A DNA stretch of 64,000 nucleotides from Bispira polyomma (Eukaryota). The notes below the pieces were generated by a model. The model saw only the letters and a program-made list of their open reading frames with translations, was not told the DNA's origin and ran no database searches. The stretch is taken from NCBI GenBank assembly GCA_965649765.1, contig OZ287750.1, positions 52,514,001 through 52,578,000 of the forward strand, given 5' to 3'. The first letter of the stretch is position 1. Every line of letters begins with the position of its first letter. Shown one piece after another: positions 13,036 through 25,870 of this stretch. A program made the translations under genes and the position numbers.

Positions 13036-14490
13036 TCGTTCTTTTCAACAAAGTCAGCCAGTGATATTGCGGTGAAAAGGGCTTTCCCTCTAAGGGTTGA
13101 ATTCATTAACAGTTTTAAAGTCTGCTTGAACTCAAATATGAAATATAGAGATTCCTTATGTACGGGAATAACCCAAAGAAGTTACCATTCACATACCATT
13201 TCAGGAAGGAACTCAAATATAGTGTGTCAGATAGAAGATATGTCTTATGTGTAAAAAGATACAGCAGGGCATATTTTGATGTTTCTCTGAGTTTCGCTTT
13301 ATGACTATGTTAAAAGCAGACCCAGGGGTATAATACTAAATGTGAAAACCTCGAGCTCAAAACTATGCCCCAATGCATCTGTGTATACTAGTAAAATGTC
13401 TTAAATCTGGCTGTATAGCAGAGTTCCTCAGGTGTATTGTATTTGAAATAAAGAATAGATATATTTTCAGAAATGTGGACAAAAATATGTCATGTATGTA
13501 CCAAGAAGTTTTTTCATCTATTCATGTTTCTGAAAGCCATTTTAGTATTCGAGGCATTACAAGTAATAAGACAAAAGACAAGAGGTTTCTCAAATAACTA
13601 TTATTTAATTTTTCCCTTTCTTTTGCATTGCAGTGTGTAGTTTTAGTTATGTTCTAAATGATACACTGATGGATTTTGTGTTTGCATGACATGCTTGTAG
13701 GAAAAACAAATTTAAACACATTAACTTCAGGTTTCATAGTCGTAGAAAGATGTGGAACAACCAAGTGTGAATTTGAACACATTTGCTTTGCTTATACATT
13801 TTCCCCTGTTTACTGATTGAAACAGCAGATATTGGACATCTGACTTTAACAGAGTCGACTGTATATATAAGCTCAGAGAAGTGAACCCTAAGATGTGGTT
13901 TAAATCTTTCCTTGAATTGTTCATTTATATATGTATAATTGCACAACTTTCCAGTCTATTCAAAGCACTCATACATTTTATTTTATATATCATAATAGTT
14001 AACACATTCACAGCACTTATCTTTCGCTGAAAAGGTTAACTTTATTAAGCAATGTTTCTTTCTCAAGGATACTATGTTTTTTAGCATTTTCATGTAAAAA
14101 TCCTATCTGAATTGCAATGTTTACAACATTTACACCGGAAATTGAAATGGGCTGGAATAGGGAACATTGACTATACAAACTTAAATCTTAGATCACCATT
14201 GAAAGCACTGGGGTTAGTGTTTATGTTTTGTGCTTTGATGCCATAGATCTGATCCCAGCAATCAATATTTAGTGTTTACTTAGTTATCTTGATATATATT
14301 ACCTTTACGGTTTTTTTCTAGTATTTTGGCTGTTACTATGCTGTTATGGGTTTTATCTGATGCTCTTAGGTTTATAGATGGTTTTGCATTAAAAGTTAGT
14401 ATTGTTTGACTTGACTTTTGTGTTGAAATAACTGGTGTTTTTGGTTTCACTTTATGCCAGCTTAAATGCATGGTTTGCATTGTGTGGTAG

Positions 14491-14529
14491 GGTCTTAATG
14501 CATTCACCGAGAAATACACCCATGAGTTG
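14491..14529 (+). CDS. candidate 39-nt cassette exon in AP3S intron 5 (GLNAFTEKYTHEL)
   Basis: ggtag|GGT...TTG|gtgact, in frame with no stop, TGCATG on both sides. Polypyrimidine tract is weak. Confidence 0.35.
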
Positions 14530-14999
14530 GTGACTGTGCATGGATTTTAGTGATTGTAAATAGTTTTACCATAATGGGCTTTATTTGTTACAAAGTGATT
14601 GTCACATTCTTATACCTGACAACTCTGGTTTAAAAAATATCACATTTAAAGTGCTATGTTGTAAAACTATAACTACTCAAATTAGAACAAGTGCCTAAGA
14701 GGATGCATTTTTCCATTTAGCGCAATATAAAGTCAAACCCCTTGAAGTAAAACTCTGATGAGTGGAATTACTTGTAGAAGTAGAAGTTATTTTGAGGTCC
14801 CATTGCTATATTTCTAATTAAAATTCACTAAGTTTAGTAGAATACATTTTTATGGTCCCTTGAGAATCGACGTAACAGGGTTCCACTTTAAATGCTTCAA
14901 ATAAATAAATAACAAAGTTCTGAAGTAGCCACATTGACCAGTGGACAATTGTCATACCAAATATGCTAATCCTACTCCTGGTGTTTTTTTACCTTACAG

Positions 15000-15011
15000 G
15001 TAATGGGAGCT
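15000..15011 (+). CDS. candidate 12-nt AP3S microexon (VMGA)
   Basis: gctaat branch-like motif, tttttttaccttacag|GTAATGGGAGCT|gtaagt. Frame-preserving, phase 0. Confidence 0.6.
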
Positions 15012-15267
15012 GTAAGTATTATTTTTGAGTGTATTTGTACATTTTTCTTACAGTTTATTATTCACTGAACTGCTTTCTTTGAAACCCTAAATAGCGCTTT
15101 CAAAGTGACACCCAAAAATTTATGCAGAGCTTTTTATCAAAAGATTATAAAGTGGGTTCAGCTCTGGCATTTTTTACCTTTTTTGGGGAAAGTTGTATTT
15201 AAAATTTGGCATGTGTACATGACTTATGTAGCAAGGATTATGTAGCCATTTTAGTATTTATCACATA

Positions 15268-15453
15268 CAGTAGAATCTCTATTATTCAACTATATCAGGA
15301 GAGTGAGAATTTGCTAGAATAATAGAAGGTCCGTAAAATGGAAAGGGCATTTTAGTATAAAACAATAGTAAAAATTAAGTTTGGGAGAATGAAATTGAGT
15401 CCGTAAAATTGAATAGTCGGATAATAGAGGGTCAGATAATAGAGGTTCTACTG
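15268..15453. mobile_element. Tc1/pogo-type MITE (CAGTAGAACCTCT family)
   Basis: TA-flanked TIR cagtagaatctct / agaggttctactg. Confidence 0.8.
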
Positions 15454-16895
15454 TATTTGTGATCTCTCTGACCATTTTGTAAGACCCTGTATTGGGGCTG
15501 AGCTCCTCCCACTTTCATTCAGTAACTAAGATAGTACTACATTGTGTCTAGTTGCTGTGCACATGCACAAAGTAAGTGGCTGATCTCGACAACAAAATAT
15601 TTTATTTAACATTCCACGGAAAGGGATGAAGACTTGTTTATTTTAATAATACACAATTACACATCTATATACACTAACCATTCATTACTCCATTTAAATA
15701 ATACATGTATTTAAATACACACTGACCTTACAGACAAAAACATCTTTAGATTTTCTTAATGCATCAAAATATTGAATATTTTGAAGGCTTTTTTTGTCAA
15801 GAGCAGCCGCTTCCTTGGCGCATGCACACTACGAATATTTATACTAGCTCTACCGTGTGAGATCTGCGAAAAACTTTTTTTTTTCTTGAAATTCAAAACT
15901 ATTGCAGATGTTTTTGAAGTTCACTTAATAATATGCAGTAAAATATTTGAGCAAATGAACTTTGGTGTTATTAGGATTACGGTACACAAAAATAGCATCT
16001 GTAAAAGACTAAAATTCTGTATAAAATCCTCCTCTTCCATGAGTGAAAGTGGAAGAAACTTCGGCCACTACCTTAAAATAGCGACTGGTTTACTGGAGAT
16101 CTGCTTTCGTAAAAATTGATTTTTGGGTGTTGTAGCATCTTGAGATATGTGACTGAATGCTTGTTTACTTTTTTTACTTTATTTTCTACTTTACTTCAGG
16201 TAATATACTTTTGTTTCAGGTTTTGTTTTCCAAGACCCTCAAGTACCTTGCAACGTTCCATTTATATTTATAGTTTATCCCTTTCTATCTGGTACAAAAC
16301 AGGACTTCATATTTTGTATTCGGTTAAAATTCGATATAATCTGTCCAAAACTGAAAAAATTGTGCTATACATATATGATATATTGTTTTATGGTTCTATG
16401 TTTTGTATGAGCTGTTTTAATAGAAAACAAAATCGGTCGTTTAGACCAAATCCTGTGTCGCAAAAACGGTCTCGTTTTTACTGATGTGTGTACCATCAGT
16501 AAAATTCAAGCATCAGCGATGGGACAGAAACTTGGTCTATACTTTGTTCAAATTTCAGCATGTAATTGCACATATGTAAGTTTGGGCATGATTGTTTTGT
16601 TCAAATCTCCGATTATGTGGCCACCTGTTATTTGGGACTTGGGGGAGCATTTTCACTCTAGTTATACATATCTTTTACTGCCAGCATAATGCATTCATTT
16701 CCATATTATGAGATCATAGGCTATTTCATACTGGAAGTTTGGTGCCATTCACATGAACTCCACACATTAATTATCACATTTTTCACTGTGCATCTCAGAA
16801 TTTTGTAGGGCCCGCATGTAGGCAATGCTCCGCCCATTTTATGTATCAATTGCCATGGTTAGGTCACTTGTTCTTTTTATATCTATCTATACATG

Positions 16896-16898
<3 letters not shown>

Positions 16899-16935
<37 letters not shown>

Positions 16936-16954
16936 TAAAAAATATATATATATA
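16899..16954. repeat. (TA)n microsatellite
   Basis: Direct reading. Confidence 0.9.
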
Positions 16955-17370
16955 TCCTTATACATAATCATGGAAGAAGAGGTCTCGTGGAGGCAGGTAC
17001 TAAACCTAGGAAAAAAACTCCGATTTGGATTCGACCATCCCAGAATATCTCAGTATTTTATAGCACTTCCTCACTGCTGTAGATATTTAACCCAAAATTA
17101 AAATTTTAATTATCAAACTGTTTCAATTTCAATAAATTGTATAGAACATATTGTCTGTTGAAGTTAAACTATAGATCCAAATTTGTAAAAAAAAAAAGTA
17201 GATTCACATCGGAGATATGTAACCGATTTACTGGTCACTGCATGCTTGTTTGTGATTGCCAGTCTCATGTTACCAAGTTAACAAACATTAGGCTACCATA
17301 CCATTTCTATTAAAAGATTTCTTTTAATTTTGTTCAATGCAACATCATTAATGCAACATCTTTATTTCAG

Positions 17371-17387
17371 CAACCCGGGTTCAACCT
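17371..17387 (+). CDS. candidate 17-nt frame-shifting AP3S microexon
   Basis: atgcaacatctttatttcag|CAACCCGGGTTCAACCT|gtaagt. Strong sites, but length is not a multiple of 3. Confidence 0.35.
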
Positions 17388-17771
17388 GTAAGTTTTAGTA
17401 AGAAATACATTGATATGTATGTCAGCCACCCAAATACTGAAACTAAAATAAACCCACGGTAGAACTTATTCCTCTGCAAAACTAAAAGAAAATTCCTGGA
17501 TCCACAACTTCAAACATCAGTAAACTTGTAAAATAATGGAAGCAGATATCAGTAACTGCCCTCTACTGATTACCAAAACAAAGATATTAGGTTTTAGAGG
17601 CCAGGACGTCACTTGGTATCACCACAAAGGTTAAAAGAAGGGGTTGGGAGCTGTTCCAATGTTTCTTGAAGATTGTATATTTTATCTTTCTAATTATAAT
17701 GTTGTTTTTTGATGATAAACTGTACGGTAATTAAATTCATAAATGATGCTTTTATTAGATGTTCTGGGGGC

Positions 17772-17990
17772 AATGCCGCAGTGTAGTGGTACCACACTTG
17801 CCTCCTACACATCTGCCATCATAGGTCGGAATCTCCAAGCTGGAATGCATGTGGAAAAGTTAGCAGAAAGCTGCCTGAAGGCTGGTGGTTTGCAGAGCAG
17901 AAAATTTTACCCAACTGCTGACTAATAATTTCCTCCACCAATGAATTGCCTAAACAAGCATCTTGAAAGTGATGTTTAAAGATCATATAA
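17772..17990 (+). mobile_element. tRNA-derived SINE
   Basis: A-box-like gtgtagtggta, core catgtggaaaagtt...gaaggctggtggttt...tttcctccacca. Confidence 0.55.
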
Positions 17991-18312
17991 ACTACAAACT
18001 CTGAAGACTCTATTTGACTTTCTGTCATTTTGAAAAAAACCCAAACATTTGTAGACCCAATGCATTTAGTATGAAGTTGCAAAGTACATTCAAATCCGAT
18101 TAAAGGATTTATTTACTGAAACTTATAGTAAATACATTGCCAATGATTGGTACATGACACATCCACACTAAGCCCCATAATGTTATGTAGAACTCTTGTC
18201 AATTCCCCTTTTCTATGAACAAAAAGTTATAGCCTCACACAGACCATTTCATTTAGAAATCTACCCTGCTAAGTTGAAATTCTGCTTAGGTAGAGGCAGC
18301 AAAAGGTATTTG

Positions 18313-18572
18313 GAGCCGTATTCATGAACAAGTAAAATTTCATTCCTAGCTTGGATTTCAAGTACTTTCTTGACTTTTTACTAACTTAGTTACTTCGATC
18401 CAAGTGGTATTCCCAAAAGAAAACTTACTTACTTCGATCCAAGTGGTATTCCCAAAAGAAAACTTACTTACTTTGGAGAGAAAACTTACTTAGATTTCAA
18501 GTGAGCGAATGAGGTACCTTGACATTTCTTCCCTAACTTAGTTAATTTTTCACTTGTTCGTGAATACGGACC
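18313..18572. mobile_element. PIF/Harbinger-like MITE (same family as 28997), nested in a CAGT-type MITE
   Basis: TIR gagccgtattcatgaacaagt / acttgttcgtgaatacggacc, flanks TTG/CTG. Confidence 0.75.
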
Positions 18573-18656
18573 CTGGTCCTTTGAGGGTCGACTTTTGAAG
18601 GGGTTCAACTATATATCAATTACTACACACACAGTTGTGTGCTTCTCTGTTTTTAG

Positions 18657-18785
18657 GCTGGTATCATTGCTGCTCCTGCAAGAGCTGTGTCAGCAGTGAA
18701 AGAAATGAACATTCCCCAGAGGATCAAAGACATGAAACTCCCAGACCTGCCTTCTATAGGAAATATCTCCTCAAAGTTTTCTTAG
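18657..18785 (+). CDS. AP3S1: AP3S last coding exon (AGIIAAPARAVSAVKEMNIPQRIKDMKLPDLPSIGNISSKFS*)
   Basis: ttttag|GCT...TAG. The APARAVSAVK.MN motif is typical of the sigma3 C-terminal extension. Confidence 0.94.
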   Translation, partial: AGIIAAPARAVSAVKEMNIPQRIKDMKLPDLPSIGNISSKFS

Positions 18786-20236
18786 TACCTTAGTCTTAGT
18801 AGTTTACTGTTAAAAATCTACAATTTTTTTACCACTATAGATTTGTGCATTTGTGTTTTAGGACAATCTGTTTTTGATTTTCAAAATGCTCGAGTTTCCG
18901 TAAAATAGGAGAAAATTTAAAGTATTACCATTGGATATGCAATAATTTTGATGTATGTTTAGCAGAGGAGACCTTTAAAAACAATTCCTATTTTCTATAA
19001 TATCTTAGTATTAGTTTAAGAAGACTCATTTAGGAAACTGTGCATAGGGAGTTTCTAAATGTTATTTCAGTCAGTGTACATGAAGCGTACTAAACCCATC
19101 TTTGTGTTCTTGATTTTGGTAGACTAAATTATAGCAATTTGTGTTTAGTTGTATTTAGGGGCTGGTTTTACAAACAATACTTGCACCATTCCTAACATAC
19201 ATTTGAAGTTTTTCTTTAATTTTTAGTAAAATAAACTGAAGTGTGATTCACAGAAATTCCCAACTCTAAATAAATGGGCTGTCAACTTAAAAGTGTTTGT
19301 TTTTGTAACTTAAAATTAAAGGTGAACTTATTGTATCAAAGTATTGTTTGTAAATTCTGCTCCGAGAGCTGTAAATATAGATGGAAGTGGTGACAGTATC
19401 AATGTGCAATACAGCTCACACTTCATGGTTTGACCGCCATTTTCACATTGGTGTGATAAACTTGATTTCATAACGATTATCCAGATTCTATACAAAGGGA
19501 ATTGCTGGTATGAAGTTCAGATGTAGTGTCCTTGTCAGACCTCATTTTGTGTCCATGTAATAACCGTAACCATGTGATATAACTTTTCATATATGTGTAC
19601 ATGGTCTGGTCTCATTTTTGCCTGAGAATTAGAATGTTTACTGTAAATTATTGTCCTATATATCTAAGGTTGTGTAAGGCCAAAGAATTGACATGGTAAA
19701 AAAAAAAAGAGAAAAAGAGTTCAACAATGATGTTGTAATCTCTAATCCCCAAATAAAGACTTGAGAATGTCCTTGGATAAGAATTATACACAAGCAAATA
19801 GAATTTTCCAAAAAGGACATTGTTGTCATGGTCATGTCCCCCAAGATCAAATTAAAGCCTAACCCGGTCACTATATCTACATGCCTTCCAAATATTTCTG
19901 TTAAACATACAGTTCCTGTGATCCTAGTTGTTTACCCCGAGGTATAGTATAAGATTTTTAATGACAAGGTCAAATAGAGGTCAGATCATGACATTGAACA
20001 ACTGTACCTCTAAATGAATATTTTAAACAAATATGAACTTCCCGAGCAGTTCCCAAGACCTAGTCAGACAAGGGGGGATGTTCATACCCCAGTATGTAAA
20101 ATGTCGTACAATGTTCTGTATATATTTTAACTGTACAGTTTGTTGAGAGTTAAAGATTATTGTTTATGCAGCATCCATAGTTTTATTCTAGAAAAAGCCT
20201 TAAAATAGGAAGTGATGTTTTTGTGGTCTAGGTTCG

Positions 20237-20386
20237 AATAAAAATTTGTGTCACTTATACCAATATTTAAGTAGTGTTTGAAACAATATGTTCAAGGTAG
20301 GTTTCATGGGTTTAGTGTGTACTCACGACTGGTATATTTTGTGTTATGTGATTGGTTTGTATAGTGTACATCATGTCGAAAATAAA
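20237..20386 (+). terminator. candidate AP3S polyadenylation signals
   Basis: AATAAA at 20237 and 20381, followed by T/GT-rich sequence and then repeat-derived DNA. Confidence 0.35.
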
Positions 20387-20439
20387 TTGTCAGTATAACT
20401 TTTAGTAGTTTCATGTATTACTTGATCAGTTATCTATGA

Positions 20440-20985
20440 TGATACAACATTTTTTATTGATGCTAGGCATCTTCTAAAGCACAACATCATTGACAAAGTT
20501 GTTAAATCGTAGGCTGTTACTAATACAAATTTGTGATTGTGGTGATGTGGAGAAGGAAGTCTACGGAGGGTAAGCGAGGGTGAAGAGATAGGTCTTAAGG
20601 TTGGTTGGTAAATTATACTAGAAGGTAGGTGCTGCAACAGAGAATGCATTGGATCAATTTCGTTTACTGGTTCTAGCATCAAAGACTGAAATTCTCTTTC
20701 CCCTGGTCAGCCTGCTGAAAGACAACAATGAGGCAAGATATGGGGGCTGACAAAGGTTTACAGCTTTGTATGTAGTAACATTGGTCTTGTAAAGGATGCG
20801 GTACTTGACAGGTAGCCAATAAAGCCTTTTGAGGAAAGATGTCGTACTGACATGAGATCCTACACAGCATACAACTCTGCACAAGTCATTCTGGATTAAC
20901 TGTAGCCTTTGGAGCTGGTATTTCTTTAGTCCAAGAAGCAGAGAAATACAGTAGTCTAATCGACAAGTGCATATGGTATGACAGT
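20440..20985 (-). mobile_element. decayed L2-like LINE 3' fragment
   Basis: Frameshifted LKRLYWLPVKYRILYKT...PPYLASLL, homologous to the element at 3495. Confidence 0.75.
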
Positions 20986-21056
20986 TTGATAGGGTTGGTG
21001 TTTTCTGATTCTACATTTAAAGATACCGACAAGGATAGCCCAATGTGTCCAATTAT

Positions 21057-21574
21057 AACTAGAGTACTACTTTGCAAATGAAAGGAAATTGTTTTTGCAG
21101 AACAAAAACAAAGCGTCCCAATAAGACATTGAGCAATTTTCTGCATAAACCCTCCGAGCCCAAAATTCCGCCGATATTGCTCAATCTGACACCGTTTGTA
21201 AGATAAACGCGTTTTTGTGTTTAACGCAGAAATTCAAGTTGGCGGCCAAACATTTAAAAAAAAAATCATTTTTTTTACTTTTTTACCCTCTGGGCCCAAA
21301 ATTCAGCTGAAATGGCTTTATCTCACACTGTTTCCGAGATATTAAGGATTTTTCATTTTCTTTGTTGAGATTAAAGATTTTTGCAAATTTTTTACTTTTT
21401 TTAAAATTTTTTAAAAATTTCTTCAAATTTGGCACATGTTTGCTTGCAGTAGTCCTTAGGCAAATTTTCAAAATAGTGTCATCACATTTCGACCAATCAG
21501 AGAAGTCACATGACCAAAAATGCGTAAATTTATCTCCTATATACAAACAAGCGCCCTTACGGGACGCTTAATTA
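21057..21574 (-). mobile_element. short HINE-like element
   Basis: aactag end, hairpin ttgtttttg-cagaa-caaaaacaa, subTIR aagcgtccc / gggacgctt, one degenerate satellite unit. Confidence 0.7.
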
Positions 21575-21767
21575 AATATTACTCAAATTATTACATTTTT
21601 ACAGTTCTTTCAAGATCATGGATTCTGAATTTCACTGCGCAAACCTTTGTGCATAGGCAGAAATCATTTGACATTAAAACTTACTTTAATTTTTGCAAAA
21701 GTGTTAGATTCAATACATTGCAATACGCCAAGGTTCTTGTGTACCTGCCAGTAAGACTCCCCATTTT

Positions 21768-24072
21768 AAAATTAAAATAATAATGAAATTGTTTAGTGTA
21801 CAAGGTTTGATATTGTTTAAAAGTTGACATATAAGCAGAATCAGCACTTTTGGTCAAATATAAGCTCAAAATCGCTCTACATAGCACCATTTCCGAGATA
21901 ACAGACATTTTCGAAAAAGACGCAGAAATTGAAGATGGTTGCCCAAATCAAAAATTACTTCAAAAGTTTACATATAAGGAAAATCAGCCCTGTGGGTCCA
22001 AAATGAGGTTGAAATCGCTCTATCTAGCATCGTTTCCAAGATAAAGGACATTTTTGAAAAAGAAGCAGAAATTCAAGATGGCCACCAAAATCGAACTTTT
22101 TTCAAAGTATAAATATAAGAAAAAACAACCCTGAGGGTCGAAAATGAGCTTGAAATCGCTCTATCTAGCACCGTCTTCGAGATAACAGATATTTTCGAAA
22201 AAAGCGCAGAAATTCAAGATGGCCGCCAAAATTAAAAATTTTTTTGAAAGTTTACATATGAGCAAAATCAACCCTGTGGGTCAAAAATGAGCTTGAAATC
22301 GCTCTATCTAGCACAGTTTCCGAGATAAAGGACATTTTCGAAAAAGACGCAGAAATTCAAGATGGCCGCCCAAATTGAACATTCTTTTAAAATTTACAAA
22401 CAAGCAAAATCAACCCTGTGGGTCGAAAATAAGCTCGAAATCGCTCTATCTACTACCGTTTCCAATTATTGGATATTTTCGTAAAAGACGCAGAAATTTA
22501 AGATGGCCGCCAAAATTGCAATTTTTTTTGAAAGTTTGCATATAAGCAAAATCAACCCTGGGTTCGAAAATGAGCTCGAAATCACTCTATCTAGCACCGT
22601 TTCAGAGATATTTGACATTTTTGAAAAAGACGCAGAAATTCAAGATGGCCGCCAAAATTGAAAATTTTTTGAAAGATTACATATAAGCAAAATCAACCCT
22701 GTGGGTTGAAAATGAGCTCGAAATCGCTCTATCTAGCACCGTTTCTGAGATATTTGACATTTTCAAAAAAGACGCAGAAATTCAAGATGGCCGCCAAAAT
22801 TGAAAATTTTTTGAAAGTTTACATATAAGCAAAATCAACCCTGTGGGTCGAAAATGAGCTCAAAATCGCTTGATCTAGCACCGTTTCCGAGATAACGGCC
22901 ATTTTCGAAAAAGACGCAGAAATTCAAGATGGCTGCCAAAATTGAAATTTTTTTTGAAAGTTTACATATAAGCAAAATCAACCCTGTGGGTCGAAAATGA
23001 GCTCGAAATCGCTCTATCTAGCACCGTTTCCGAGATATTTGACATTTTCGAAAAAGACACAGAAATTCAAGATGGTCGCCAAAATTGAAAATTTCGTGAA
23101 AGTTTACATATAAGCAAAATCAGCCCTGTGGGTCGAAAATGAGCTCGAAATCGCTCTATCTAGCACCGTTTCCGAGATAATGGACGCTTTAAAAAAAAAA
23201 CTTTAATTTTTAAAATTGAAATCGTTTTATCTCAGTAACTATTGCATATTTTTGGATGGGGTAAAAAATAAATAAAATTCAGGCTATTCTTTAAAAGTTA
23301 CGTGCTGCATGTACTGGTCTAAAATTAAAAAAAATCCTCACATGCTCAAAAAAGCACCCATCAACACATTATTTCCCCCATTTTGTATGATTGATCGACC
23401 CTGTCAATCAGTCAATTATCACCAGATTGATCTAAAAATTTACTGACATCTATGCTTTGGTATTTGCAATGTGCATGCTAAATTTCATTGAACTATGACA
23501 AGTACTTCAAAAGAAAAGTTGATAAAAGTGCAAGATAGAGCAAAATAGAGCAAACTACTCATTTGAAGTACTCATTGTGTACTGGACTTAGAACTGTGAG
23601 ATTTTTCCATCATACATAAAATCAAAAAGTAGATGAATAACTTATACCAAGAAAAAGCCAAAATCCCAATAGTTTCTGAGAGAGCAAAAAAGTACCGATT
23701 TTTCGCATTTCAATAAAAATCAATCGGTTGGCAATCGGTCAATTATCATCCAATTAATCTCATCAGCGTCTCCCGTCCTGAAAATTGCCTTACCAAGGTA
23801 CATACCAAATTTCATTGAGCTATGATGAATACTTTCTGAGAAAACCTAGCGACAAGCACTTTTACACCCCCAGGGTCACCTGACATTTAAGTAGGCCAAA
23901 GTTCAAAGCCAAGAATATCAAAAATTTCCCACTCCTGGTTAAGAGAACTGCCAAAAATAATTTTGATGCAGATAATATTGAAGGAGATATTCAAGGAAGA
24001 CCATGCGGCGGCGGCAGCGAGGAAACCAGGGGTGAAACCAAATAAGCGCCCTTTTCAAGGGACGCTTAATTA
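21768..24072 (-). mobile_element. HINE-like element with ~9 x 142-bp tandem array (copy 1, lacks its own CTAG end)
   Basis: Units start near 21869, 22011, 22152, 22295, 22437, 22578, 22720, 22862, 23005, 23147. (GGC)n and terminal aagcgccctt..aagggacgctt hairpin. Confidence 0.85.
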
Positions 24073-24101
24073 ACAAAGCAGGATTATCAACAAATAAGAA
24101 T

Positions 24102-24107
24102 TTTATT
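24102..24107 (-). terminator. candidate distal Rab27 polyA signal (implies ~4.5 kb 3'UTR)
   Basis: AATAAA on the minus strand followed by T/GT-rich sequence, just before the HINE element. Confidence 0.3.
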
Positions 24108-24566
24108 ATATTGCACAGACAAATTTGCAGTAATAATTATTTCCTTTTAAAAAATATGTCATGCTAGTTTCCACACAAAAATACAGTGAACATATCATTT
24201 TTCCACAATCTCAAAAGAAATAACACAGGCTGTTTAAAAATATTTTACAAAACTAGAAGAGATTAAGTAGTATGTCATATCATCACAGTTTACCACCATA
24301 TATCAGAAGTCCATACAACATTACCTGGAAAACATTGGGAAAAATATACATTGTATATACAAATTTTAAAAAGACAACATTTGTTCATTCTGACATTCTA
24401 TTCATGAGACTAACGACAGTATTAAAATGTATATTAAACTTTGAACTGAACATGCAAGTGAAGATAAATTGGACCTAGATGGCCAAGAAAAATATTGCTA
24501 CTCAAGCAGACTTTCCATATTACAGAGTAGATTTTAAAACAAAAGGTATTTGTAGGTGAATTACAG

Positions 24567-24751
24567 GAGCCTATTTACGAAAGGTCGTCGTAATCTTAAA
24601 AATTTGGATTTCGATTTTGGCCAAAAAGGTTAAGATTTTTGTCTTAGTCCGCTGCGTGACCGTAACAAAAGATCTTTGGTTGGTATTAATCTTTGCTCTC
24701 AAGACATAAATATTAGGGTTAACACTGCAAGACCTTTTGTGAATACGGCCC
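24567..24751. mobile_element. related Harbinger-like MITE
   Basis: TIR gagcctatttacgaaaggtc / gaccttttgtgaatacggccc, flanks CAG/CAA. Confidence 0.65.
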
Positions 24752-25689
24752 CAAGATGTAGTACTTGTGTAGTCATAACTTTAGTAGATGGATCCCCAAC
24801 CTCCCCAATGTACATAAATTGAACCCCTGTTTATATCCAACCACAAGGGACCAGACAAAATACCTCTACTTAAGCAGGATTTCCACTTAACAGGGTAGAT
24901 TTAATAGAAATTACTTCTGTGGGATTACAGATATTTTCCCACATAAATGGGAAATTGACTTAACAGCTACTTAAAAGGGCTCGACTGTATAAAGTTTGTG
25001 AAGAAATATAGTTCCCCCACTTTTTGGTTTAATTTTTCATCTAGATTTTTTCTTGAATAAAAGCAATCACACATTCCTCATTTGAATTCAAGCATAGATG
25101 TAAGCATATAAATATCTATTAAATTATACAAAGTACAAAGTTTACTTCTCGCAACTCAATCTACATAAACTCAATGATATAGTTTACAATTTAACTGGTT
25201 CTTGTGTACATTCTACAAGTAATGGTGCCTAGATTCCAATAGCGTGTTCAAATATAAATATTTCGATACAACTTAAGTGTCAACACCTGAATATAGAAGA
25301 ACTTATTCTGGAATGTCTACATGTGGTTTGTGTAGCAACAAGCGGGGTTTAGCAGAAATAAATAAACAAATATATTCTACAACAGGCAACTAGTCGAAGG
25401 CACATAATTATGTGATCTTGAAACATCAAAAATAGCGAGAAAATTTGAGAACTAAACATTTATCAGAAAAGCCTTTACAAGGGATACTGTTTTCACACAG
25501 AATGCACATGTACAGGTGGTTAGCCTTAAGTGTTTAAAGCCTGGACCAGCTCTTAGTAAGTTGCAACCCTTCACCAGGGTAAAATTAAAATTTACAGTTT
25601 GAAGTATTTTGAAAAAAACAAGATATGTCTAATTTTTGTAGAACTATGACCAATTTTCAGGTCTAATTCGAAAATACTAGAGTAAAGAA

Positions 25690-25870
25690 TCTAAAATTGG
25701 CCACTGTATCTGAAATTGGCCACCTACAAAATGCTGTGTTTTTAGTCGAATTGTGGGTAATATTTGCTAAAATTGATATTTTAGTAATTTCAGTAATTTT
25801 TTGCGTGTTTTTATTAATCCAGCCTTAATTTTAGGGGTGGCGAATTTCAGATACAGTCGCCAATTTTACA
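25690..25870. mobile_element. MITE-like inverted repeat in the putative Rab27 3'UTR
   Basis: aaaattggccactgtatctgaaattggccacc / ggtggcgaatttcagatacagtcgccaatttt. Confidence 0.55.

Noticed and set aside
12601-13770. Alternative terminal exons after strong acceptors at 12600, 13633 and 13700
   Set aside because: They give short non-conserved peptides (MLFSFFYGELI*, CVVLVMF*, EKQI*), and such acceptors arise often in T-rich introns.
16170-16206. Recursive splice site (Y-tract cag|gtaata)
   Set aside because: It lies in probable transposon-derived sequence and has no independent support.
21850-23180. Regular repeat array as a CRISPR array or repeat-encoded protein (ORFs 21850 and 46654)
   Set aside because: There are no unique spacers and no cas genes, and the context is eukaryotic. 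The array is the interior of a HINE-like element and the ORFs stop within it.
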